From contig JBBSJT010000032.1 in assembly GCA_038257035.1 (NCBI GenBank), positions 1 through 21,023 of the forward strand: a stretch of 21,023 nt of DNA, given 5' to 3'. Source of the stretch: Chlamydiia bacterium. GTDB lineage: Bacteria; Chlamydiota; Chlamydiia; Chlamydiales; Parachlamydiaceae. The notes under the pieces are model-generated. The model worked only from the letters and a program-made list of their open reading frames with translations. It had not been told where the DNA came from and ran no database searches. How positions within the stretch are numbered: the stretch's first letter is position 1; each line of letters opens with the position of its first letter. Below, one piece after another: positions 1-7,376 of this stretch. A program made the position numbers and the translations under genes.

Positions 1-1814
1 ACAAGGGATGGATCCGGGTAATTTTTTAACCGTTTCGACATTTTCGAGCCATCTTCTGCCAAAACAATTCCATTAACGATTACATTTTTAAAGGCCGGCT
101 TATCAAAAAGCGCTGCGCTTAAAATAGTCAATGTATAAAACCAGCCCCTTGTTTGATCCAACCCTTCGGCGATGAAATCTGCCGGAAAGTTTTCCTCAAA
201 AATTTGCTTATTTTCAAACGGATAATGGTTTTGCGCATAAGGCATGGATCCTGATTCAAACCAGCAATCAAAGACTTCTGAAACGCGTTTAAATGTTTTT
301 CCATTTTTGACAAAAGTTAAGTCATCAATTAAATGACGATGTAAATCGGTAACTTCTTGCCCTGTTAGATCCTCAAGTTCTTTAATGCTTCCCATTGCAA
401 AAATTTCCCCATCGTCTGAGCGATAGAGAGGGATTGGCGTGCCCCAGTAGCGGTTACGGCTGATAGCCCAATCTCTTGCACCCTCTAACCACTTTCCAAA
501 ACGGCCATGTTTTATGTGTTCCGGAGTCCAGTGGATCTGATCATTTGTTTTAAGAATGTTTGTTTTTATTTTTTCAACTGAAACAAACCAAGTCTTGACG
601 GCTTTATAAATCAATGGTGTGTCAGAGCGCCAGCAGAATGGATAGCGGTGATTAATTGTAGCGTGATGGAACACCTTGCTCATCTTTTTCAACTGCTTGA
701 TAATATCTTTATCGGCATCTTTTACAAAAAGACCTTTGTATTCAGGAACTTCATCTGTAAAAAGACCATTATTATTTACAGGACAAACAATAGCAATTCC
801 CTCTCTTTTGCAAGCATAAAAATCAACCTCACCAAATGCAGGAGCTGCATGAACAACGCCCGTTCCATCATCAAGTGAAACAGTTGGCTCTAAGATAACT
901 CTAAAAGCACCTTTTTCCTTTTGATCAGCAAAATTAGGAAAAAGCGGGCTATATGTAAGTCCGTTTAATTTTTCACCTTTGAATTCATCTACAATTTCAT
1001 AATCTGTTTCTTCCTTGAAAACGCTACTTAAACGGCTCTTTGCCAGTATATAGTTGTGATTAAGTTTTACATCTTTAACTTTTACATAATCGATTTCAGG
1101 CCCAACCATCAAGGCAAGATTTGAAATTAGCGTCCAGGGAGTTGTTGTCCAAGCAAGAATTGATGTCGTGGGATCAGAATCCAACTGAAAAGATACTGTT
1201 AAAGCAGGATCATCAACATCACGGTAATTTTCGCCTGCCTCAAAATTAGAAAGTGGTGTTCCAAGTTTTGCTGAAAAAGGCATAACTTTATACCCTTCAT
1301 AAACCAACCCTTTTTCAAAAAGCTGCTTAAAGACCCACCAAACGGATTCCATGAAAGTCAAATCCATCGTGCGATAAGTTTGATCAAAATCAACCCATCT
1401 TCCCATGCGATTGACTGTACCCTTCCACTCTTCGGTATACCGAAGGACAATTTTTCTGCATTCTTCATTGAAATTATCGATACCAAAAGCTTCGATGGCA
1501 GGAGCGCCAGACAAGTTAAACGCTTTTTCAATTTCCTGCTCAATTGGCAATCCGTGGCAATCCCAGCCAAAACGACGTGGAACATAAAATCCCTTCATTG
1601 TTTTGTAACGTGGAATCACATCCTTAATTGTCCCTGCCAAAAGGTGACCATAGTGAGGTAAGCCCGTTGCAAAAGGAGGCCCATCATAGAAGGAAAAAAT
1701 TGGTCGATCTGTTCGATCGTTTACCGATTGTTGAAATATGCGATGCTTTTCCCAAAATTTTAAGACGTGCTTTTCTCGGTTGTCAAACGTTTCGTTAATA
1801 ATTTCTTCAAACAT
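1..1814 (-). CDS. ileS: Isoleucyl-tRNA synthetase, type 2 (eukaryote/archaea-like); partial, 3' end beyond the left edge
   Basis: Manual translation from ATG at 1814 (AGGAG RBS at 1821-1825): MFEEIINETF...FYDGPPFATGLPHYGHLLAGTIKD...GWDCHGLP. Near the left edge, in the same frame: FDCWFESGSMPYAQNHYPFEN, DFIAEGLDQTRGWFYTL and EDGSKMSKRLKNYPDP. These give the HYGH and KMSKR class I motifs. Missing from the ORF track because it has no stop in the window. Confidence 0.97.
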   Translation of the reverse strand, partial: MFEEIINETFDNREKHVLKFWEKHRIFQQSVNDRTDRPIFSFYDGPPFATGLPHYGHLLAGTIKDVIPRYKTMKGFYVPRRFGWDCHGLPIEQEIEKAFNLSGAPAIEAFGIDNFNEECRKIVLRYTEEWKGTVNRMGRWVDFDQTYRTMDLTFMESVWWVFKQLFEKGLVYEGYKVMPFSAKLGTPLSNFEAGENYRDVDDPALTVSFQLDSDPTTSILAWTTTPWTLISNLALMVGPEIDYVKVKDVKLNHNYILAKSRLSSVFKEETDYEIVDEFKGEKLNGLTYSPLFPNFADQKEKGAFRVILEPTVSLDDGTGVVHAAPAFGEVDFYACKREGIAIVCPVNNNGLFTDEVPEYKGLFVKDADKDIIKQLKKMSKVFHHATINHRYPFCWRSDTPLIYKAVKTWFVSVEKIKTNILKTNDQIHWTPEHIKHGRFGKWLEGARDWAISRNRYWGTPIPLYRSDDGEIFAMGSIKELEDLTGQEVTDLHRHLIDDLTFVKNGKTFKRVSEVFDCWFESGSMPYAQNHYPFENKQIFEENFPADFIAEGLDQTRGWFYTLTILSAALFDKPAFKNVIVNGIVLAEDGSKMSKRLKNYPDPSL

Positions 1815-1846
1815 GGAGGACTCCTAAATCTTGCAAATGAATAAGA

Positions 1847-1876
1847 ATTATACTATAAGTGGATAAAAAAAGTCTA
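1847..1876 (-). promoter_or_regulatory. Putative sigma70/sigma66 promoter of ileS
   Basis: Minus strand reads TAGACT (1876-1871), 18-nt spacer, TATAAT (1852-1847), about 33 nt upstream of the ATG. Confidence 0.55.
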
Positions 1877-1905
1877 CGCGGAATCTTCACTGTAATTATT
1901 ACCAT

Positions 1906-1934
1906 TTGCAGAGGAAATGCTAATTTGCTATAAT
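1906..1934 (+). promoter_or_regulatory. Putative sigma70/sigma66 promoter of ssrA
   Basis: TTGCAG (1906-1911), 17-nt spacer, TATAAT (1929-1934) with an extended -10 TG, 14 nt before the tmRNA 5' end. Confidence 0.7.
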
Positions 1935-1948
1935 GAAGGTGTATCTAT

Positions 1949-2359
1949 GGGGGTGTCAAGGTTTCGACTGGGGAACGAACCATTAGTTGCATGCAGAGGA
2001 TTTCGGTTGGCCTCTTTAATCATCCGATAAAAAAACAAATGCTAACAAAAATAGCAAACTTGTTGCCGTTAACTTTGCTCCTGCAGCAATGGCTAACGCA
2101 GCATAAGTGACTTTGGGACCTAACGGTCCCGGTTGCGTGGCAGCCTGTAAGTGGACCTAGGCTTTTCAGGATCTGCCATAATCGACTAGGTATGGTTTGG
2201 TACCCGAGCTTCTAGGGAATCAAGTCAAGATTAAATGAAGACCGTTAACTTCAGTGACCGTGTTCTGCATAGGGGTTAATTAAACAAAATAGAACACTAA
2301 GCATGTAGTGGCTAGTATGTAGTTTGCTTAGGACGAGAGTTCGATTCTCTCCACCTCCA
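1949..2359 (+). ncRNA. ssrA: tmRNA (one-piece); tag peptide ANKNSKLVAVNFAPAAMANAA encoded at 2041-2106
   Basis: 5' end GGGGGTGTCAAGGTTTCGAC; T-arm GAGAGTTCGATTCTCTC; acceptor strand CACCTCC plus discriminator A, giving the G3-U alanine determinant. The tag ORF resumes at GCT and ends in AA-stop. CCA is not encoded. Confidence 0.96.
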
Positions 2360-2513
2360 AATTTTACTGTTATATAACGCAAAAGGCCCATATAGGGTCC
2401 AGATTTTAGTCATCGTGACGAAGGTAAACCTCATGGTTTATCAAGGAGCGATGATCTAAAAGATGGGCCTTATATGGGCCTTTTGCGTCTATAAAAGTAA
2501 GATTTGGAGGTGG
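2351..2513 (+). repeat. Long imperfect palindromic repeat, copy A (163 bp), overlapping the last 9 nt of tmRNA
   Basis: Left arm CCACCTCCAAATTTTACTGTTATATAACGCAAAAGGCCCATATAGGGTCCAGATTTTAGTCATCG pairs with right arm CGATGATCTAAAAGATGGGCCTTATATGGGCCTTTTGCGTCTATAAAAGTAAGATTTGGAGGTGG. Apical hairpin TAAACC-TCAT-GGTTTA. Confidence 0.93.
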
Positions 2514-2514
2514 G

Positions 2515-2686
2515 ACCTCCAAACGTTAGTTTTATATAACGCAAAAGGCTTAGTATTTTGCTCGAGATTTGTCAGCACGACGAAGATAAACCTTATGGTT
2601 TGTCGAGGAGAGATGATCTAAAAGATGGGTAGAATACGGGTTTTTTGCGTCTATAAAAGTAACTTTTGGAGGTGGGAACCTCCAAA
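2515..2686 (+). repeat. Long imperfect palindromic repeat, copy B, plus the first ~9 nt of a third copy
   Basis: ACCTCCAAA recurs at 2353, 2515 and 2678 (periods 162 and 163). The arms and apical hairpin match copy A, with a diverged mid-stem. Confidence 0.9.
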
Positions 2687-2688
2687 AA

Positions 2689-2729
2689 AAACAAAAAGCT
2701 TCGTTTTAGGGCTGAAGCTTTTTTTGTTT
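2689..2729 (+). terminator. Intrinsic terminator-like hairpin closing the ssrA-plus-repeat unit
   Basis: AAAAAGCTTC (2693-2702) pairs with GAAGCTTTTT (2714-2723) and is followed by a T-rich tail. The A-tract on the other side makes it possibly bidirectional. Confidence 0.7.
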
Positions 2730-2949
2730 AGTGACTTATACACCATAAATCTTAAAAGCTCTAGTTTGGAAAGCTAATTTAAGAACTAGACTGGATGAAA
2801 CTACAGTAAAACTCTCTTTGTTTTTGAGATTTTTATGCTATACTATCGTGATGGAATCAATTTGAAAATGAATTTATAAAATGGATTAGAGAGTTGCATG
2901 GACTCTAGGACCTGGAACGTCAATCCTGTAACGTCAATAAGGATAATAA

Positions 2950-3705
2950 ATGAAATTAGCAGGAAAAAAAGTAATTGTGACTGGAGCTAATCGAAGCATT
3001 GGTAAGGCAATTGCTTTATTGTTTGCTAAAGAAGGAGCCGAATTAGTCATTAGCTATCGATCTGATAAGAAGGGAGCTGAAGAAGTCGTAGATTGCATTC
3101 AAGAAGTAGGTGGAAAGGCCAGGGCATTTTACGCAGACTTTTCCACCTGTGATGGTGTAAAACAATTTTACAGCGAATGCATTGGTATTTTAGGACATGT
3201 AGACATCTTGATCAACAATGCAGGAGGTTATAACACGCTAGGCTTTTTTGAATTAACACCTCATGATTTTGAACAATTGTTACAAGTGACCTTAATGACG
3301 CCATTTTTCTTATCACAGCTTGTTGCAAAGGGCATGGTAGAAAAGCATACCAAGGGAAACATTATTAATATTTCCTCTATTTCTGGTACTCGCCCATCGA
3401 TGAATCGAGTCGCACATGCCTCTGGTAAAGCTGCATTGAATATGCTAACCCAAACTATGGCCTTGGAACTAGCACAGCACGGGATCAGAGTAAATGCTAT
3501 TGCGCCAGGGATTACTCCTTATGAAGAAAGCTCCGAATTCGATTCTGCTATTAAAGATATTCCTCTCGGACGTGCAGGACTTCCAAACGATCAGGCATCT
3601 ACAGCACTTTTTCTTGCGACTGATGATTCATCTTGGTTGACTGGACAAATACTCACTGTAGATGGCGGACATTCGATAGCTCTTTCTTCAGAGAAAGAAA
3701 CTTAA
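2950..3705 (+). CDS. Short-chain dehydrogenase/reductase (FabG/glucose-1-dehydrogenase-like fold)
   Basis: TGANRSIG glycine-rich motif, LINNAG, NISS, GIRVNAIAPG and TGQILTVDGG. AAGGA RBS upstream. The catalytic YxxxK motif reads HASGK. Confidence 0.92.
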   Translation: MKLAGKKVIVTGANRSIGKAIALLFAKEGAELVISYRSDKKGAEEVVDCIQEVGGKARAFYADFSTCDGVKQFYSECIGILGHVDILINNAGGYNTLGFFELTPHDFEQLLQVTLMTPFFLSQLVAKGMVEKHTKGNIINISSISGTRPSMNRVAHASGKAALNMLTQTMALELAQHGIRVNAIAPGITPYEESSEFDSAIKDIPLGRAGLPNDQASTALFLATDDSSWLTGQILTVDGGHSIALSSEKET

Positions 3706-3919
3706 GAATTCATGGTTTCAATAAAGTTTTCTTCAATACAAACCATAATGCTTTTCCTATTATGCGTAAAATTTGCGTAAATCTTGCGCATTAATTTGAA
3801 AATACAGCGAACAATTTTAAACGGCGGAAAAGAAAGGCCCTAGTTTTTTATCATCTTAAGAAGGGTTAATCTAAGCATTTGTCGGTAAGGGTTGATCTCA
3901 AATCTATTGCCATCATAAT

Positions 3920-5641
3920 TTAAGTCCATTCATGCTTGCTTAATAATGTAAGAATCTTTTCTTTTTCTTCATCATTCAATAAAAGGGTATGAATGCCATG
4001 AACAGCTAATGCACCTGGCAAATGACCTTGCTTATTTCTAATATTTCTGTCTGCACCTAGTTTAAGTAAAAGTTCTATAAGTTCAATATTACCGGCGCCT
4101 ACAGCTGTATGTAATGCAGTGTTGCCCTCTTCATCTTGAATATTAAGATTAGCTCCATATTTTATTAATGCCAATGCAGCATTTTTACTTTTTTCTAAAC
4201 CTTCCGCCACATAATGCAAGGGTGTTTTTCCATCAATATCTTGCATATTTACGGATGCTCCGCCCTCAAGGAGCGCTATAATGATTTCATTCATTTGGTT
4301 GTCATTTTCTGTAGCAACTTTCTCTGCTGCATAGTGTAATGCTGTTTTGCTGGAAAGATCAAGGATATCAATGATGCAATTTGCTTCAATGAGCTTCTTT
4401 ACAATCATTAAAGAAGATTTTTTTCCTCTTTCAATTGCAGTATGCAGAGCTGTCTGCCCTTTTTTATCCTGAATATTTACTCCAATTTTTTCCGTTACAA
4501 GTAGATCAATTCTTTGTAAATCTTGGGTATTATTTGCATACTGAACCGCAGAGTGTAATAAAGTTTTTCCATCAAAATTGCGAAAATTTATATTTTCTGC
4601 TTTTTTCAAGAGTAATTTTAATGACTCCATTGATATCTTTTGCGACTCAAATGCCTTATGTAGAATCGAATTTTCCTTTTTTTCTTCAATAATATTGGGG
4701 TTAGCTCCGACTTCAACCAAACCTTCTATAGCCTCATTAGCTCCTCGAAGACAAGCCCAATAAAGAATTGGATGGTGCCAATAATTGGAATTGGGATCAG
4801 CTCCATACTCAACTAAGAGTCTGATTGATTCTTTTGAATTTGTGATAACCGAAATCATAAGAAGAAGAGGACTGATGTTATCAAGTTTTGGCAATATATT
4901 TTTAACAAAAGCTATTTGTTCGATACTTAAAGCTACCTTAAGCATTTCTTCAATTCTTTTCTGCTCTTTTATTTTACTCTCATCATCAAAAACAGGCTCT
5001 AGTTGATGACCTTGAAGCATGGCCTCAAGAAGTTCAATTTTATATTTTTTTACCTCTAAATGAAGGGCTGCTTGCTGATCAACTCTTGAATAAGCATTAA
5101 GCGAGATGGCATTGGAAGCAATCATACTCACTTTTTCAAATAAAGATTTATTATCCCAAGAGAGTTCATATTGCCCTAATTCATCAAGTTTTGCTTCGAT
5201 TTTACTTTGTATGAAATTTATTTTTTTTATAGTTTTATCTTTCCAGACTGCGGTTGTGTAATGTGAATGATTTATTGAAACCATTAAGGAATTTTTACTA
5301 GTTATTCTAAATTTATCTTCATCTGTGAAATCTTTGGATAAATTTTGCTTAACTAACTCCTTGATCGAATCTACTGAAAGAAATTTGGAATCAATGTTTA
5401 AATTTTCTTCCTCGGTATTTATTACTGTCGCATACAATTTTTTTAGTGTAATCGGTGTATTCAAATCAAGTTGACTTAATCTAATTTTAGCATCCTGAAT
5501 ACTGGATGAATCTGCCATATAACCTTCTACAGATAACTTAAAATTTTTTCCATCTATAATAAAATTGCCCCCCTCTTTTGTTTCCAAAAGCCGAACTTCA
5601 TACCAACATTGATCACCTTTTAAAGTAATATCAAAATTCAT
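3920..5641 (-). CDS. Ankyrin-repeat protein with an uncharacterised N-terminal half; putative host-directed effector
   Basis: Multiple ankyrin motifs in the C-terminal half (GKTLLHSA, GQTALHTA, SKTALHYA, GKTPLHYV, GNTALHTA; GA(D/N)xN turns). GAGG RBS. The effector role is inference. Confidence 0.9.
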   Translation of the reverse strand: MNFDITLKGDQCWYEVRLLETKEGGNFIIDGKNFKLSVEGYMADSSSIQDAKIRLSQLDLNTPITLKKLYATVINTEEENLNIDSKFLSVDSIKELVKQNLSKDFTDEDKFRITSKNSLMVSINHSHYTTAVWKDKTIKKINFIQSKIEAKLDELGQYELSWDNKSLFEKVSMIASNAISLNAYSRVDQQAALHLEVKKYKIELLEAMLQGHQLEPVFDDESKIKEQKRIEEMLKVALSIEQIAFVKNILPKLDNISPLLLMISVITNSKESIRLLVEYGADPNSNYWHHPILYWACLRGANEAIEGLVEVGANPNIIEEKKENSILHKAFESQKISMESLKLLLKKAENINFRNFDGKTLLHSAVQYANNTQDLQRIDLLVTEKIGVNIQDKKGQTALHTAIERGKKSSLMIVKKLIEANCIIDILDLSSKTALHYAAEKVATENDNQMNEIIIALLEGGASVNMQDIDGKTPLHYVAEGLEKSKNAALALIKYGANLNIQDEEGNTALHTAVGAGNIELIELLLKLGADRNIRNKQGHLPGALAVHGIHTLLLNDEEKEKILTLLSKHEWT

Positions 5642-5764
5642 ATAAACCTCACAATTAAATAGACTATATTTGTATTATACAACTAATTACCGTAATATAG
5701 AAACTATTAATTACAAAACCAAACCTAAATTACAAATCCCAAGTTACTTCATAGGAAGCTATCG

Positions 5765-5828
5765 CCAAACCGGGCATTACCAACACACGGTTTTAGTCTA
5801 AACCGTGCATTGACAATACACGGTTTGG
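5765..5828. repeat. Doublet of ~31-bp palindromes (REP-like)
   Basis: CCAAACCGGGCATTACCAACACACGGTTTTAG (5765-5796) and CTAAACCGTGCATTGACAATACACGGTTTGG (5798-5828). Each is self-complementary and they resemble each other. Confidence 0.7.
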
Positions 5829-6100
5829 TATGGCAGAGAAATAAAGAGATTTTCCCGGTGAAGTGTTTTCTTTGAATATTTGGGCATCACTACTGATAAT
5901 TTTCAGACTCAGTAAGGTTTATAATTTTTTTCGGCTTCGCCGGTTTATATGGATGAATCTATTATGCTTGCATACACATGTCTTTTTCTCATTTAACATC
6001 TAAACTTTAACCGGAAGGATGCCTCTCTCCTCGCTAAAGTTTTTGATTTTTAAAAAGAACAAAGAACAAAATCCAAAGGCCCTTTCCAAGGGTCAAAGGT

Positions 6101-7051
6101 TCAAGTGCAGATGGACTTCCTAGCGCAAGAAGCGCCAAGCGAGCTAAAATTGAACATGTAGTCGAAGTCGTCGGAGTCGTAGACTACGAGACCGAGGGCA
6201 GAAAAGCTGCCAACTGCTATTGGATAACCCCCGCTATTTTGCTCCTGAACGTGCGTATACGTCCTCTGGTGACCATTTGATCCGTCAGAGTAAACAAAGT
6301 CACCTGTTTGCAAATTGCGCAGCAAAATGCTTACTACTGCATCTATCAGGTTGGGGATTTCAAATCCGGCTTCCTTAACGAGTTTTTCTTGAATCGAAAA
6401 ATTCTTATTTCTCGTTCCATTTACAAGATCGGCACAACCCAACACATCTTTAGATAACATAACCCAATGGGATTTAAAGGGCTTTACCGTTTTATCATTG
6501 ATATCATAATCACTTAGCAGATATCGATAATTGCTTCTGAATGCATCTTTACCGTTTTTATAGTCACTGACAAATCGGTCAAAACTGCTTAATGTAAGCT
6601 CCTCTCCATTGATCGTTTCCGGAATGAACGTAAGCATCCACTTAGAAGAGTCAAAGTCTTGGATCATTTTTAATGGAAGATAGGGTTCAGCTCCGGGATT
6701 TCCACCATAAGATATCCACTCTGCCTTACCAAAACAACCTTCCGGCCGGTAACTTTTAGCATAATCATTAGTCAACTTATTAAGCGATTGACTTAGCACA
6801 GATAAGGCTACTAAATCCGGTTTGCTGTGCTTTAAAACTTCATTCCATACATCTTGAGGAAAAAACGGTATCTCATGAATTGGTTTATTGTCTGTATTGT
6901 CGGGTTTAACCGAATTAACGGGATAATCCATCGAGTGAAGGGCGTTGTCGCCATCCACAATTGTACCTCCGCTTTGTGGCCATAGCGAGTTTATAGCATT
7001 ATTAAAATCTACAACACTATTATAAATACAATCATAAACATTCATATTCAC
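6101..7051 (-). CDS. Hypothetical protein with an F-box-like segment (aa ~61-93) and a C-terminus resembling a DGR target variable region
   Basis: FPQDVWNEVLKHSKPDLVALSVLSQSLNKL fits the F-box pattern. It is followed by FGKAEWISYGGNPGAEPYLP, and the C-terminus is VGSFSALGLVVYDSDDFDYMFNFSSLGASCARKS. Domain calls are by eye. Confidence 0.75.
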   Translation of the reverse strand: MNMNVYDCIYNSVVDFNNAINSLWPQSGGTIVDGDNALHSMDYPVNSVKPDNTDNKPIHEIPFFPQDVWNEVLKHSKPDLVALSVLSQSLNKLTNDYAKSYRPEGCFGKAEWISYGGNPGAEPYLPLKMIQDFDSSKWMLTFIPETINGEELTLSSFDRFVSDYKNGKDAFRSNYRYLLSDYDINDKTVKPFKSHWVMLSKDVLGCADLVNGTRNKNFSIQEKLVKEAGFEIPNLIDAVVSILLRNLQTGDFVYSDGSNGHQRTYTHVQEQNSGGYPIAVGSFSALGLVVYDSDDFDYMFNFSSLGASCARKSICT

Positions 7052-7075
7052 CTAGAATTTATTAATTTAGTTCAG

Positions 7076-7105
7076 AGTATACTTTAATAAAAAAATAAAA
7101 GTCAA
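7076..7105 (-). promoter_or_regulatory. Putative sigma70-type promoter of the 6101-7051 gene
   Basis: Minus strand TTGACT (7105-7100), 18-nt A/T-rich spacer, TATACT (7081-7076). Confidence 0.55.
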
Positions 7106-7151
7106 CAACAGTTTATAACAACAGTTTAGAAAACTGTAGATAACAGTTTAG
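7104..7151. repeat. Short 12-13-bp repeats with an AACAGTTTA core
   Basis: AACAACAGTTTAT, AACAACAGTTTAG, an inverted AAACTGT, then AACAGTTTAG, directly upstream of the -35 element. Confidence 0.6.
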
Positions 7152-7199
7152 ACTTTTTGTGCCGCCAAAATAGAAATTTCCGCTTTTAGAGCAAAATAA

Positions 7200-7340
7200 A
7201 GTGATGCAAGTGCTTATGCAGCGCGCGATAGATTGGTCGTAAACTGTACAATCACTATCCCTGAATTTGAAGACTTCTCAGCAAGCAGTGATTATTCCGA
7301 CTGGAATGATTTGGTGCGGGAACAGGGCACCAGGCAGTCC
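7200..7340 (+). pseudogene. Relic of the C-terminal end of a TOPRIM domain (mobile-element primase/TraC-TraA type)
   Basis: Frame after the stop at 7197 reads SDASAYAARDRLVVNCTITIPEFEDFSASSDYSDWNDLVREQG, matching the P-x-F...DWNDL...G ending of plasmid/ICE TOPRIM domains. No start codon with an RBS; locally more GC-rich. Confidence 0.5.
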
Positions 7341-7376
7341 GAACCAAAAGAAGGCAGGAATAAAAAATGTAACGAT

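Noticed and set aside
128..1661. Short ORFs 128-313, 648-878, 1358-1585, 1380-1661 and 1405-1587
   Set aside because: All overlap the ileS reading frame in other frames or antisense; shadow ORFs.
1858..1866. DnaA-box-like TTATCCACT on the minus strand
   Set aside because: A single 8/9 match inside a promoter spacer with no cluster; insufficient for an origin or DnaA regulation call.
1815..1948. T-box riboswitch upstream of ileS
   Set aside because: The intergenic gap is only 134 bp and holds two divergent promoters; no T-box consensus or terminator/antiterminator seen.
2351..2686. CRISPR array, canonical integron attC, or hammerhead ribozyme as identity of the 162-bp repeats
   Set aside because: No unique spacers or cas genes. 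The ends are not RYYYAAC/GTTRRRY and there is no intI. TGACGA precedes a hairpin, but the CTGANGA and GAAA hammerhead core is incomplete.
4435..5006. Plus-strand ORFs 4435-4692, 4578-4763 and 4785-5006
   Set aside because: Antisense to the ankyrin gene, with no motifs.
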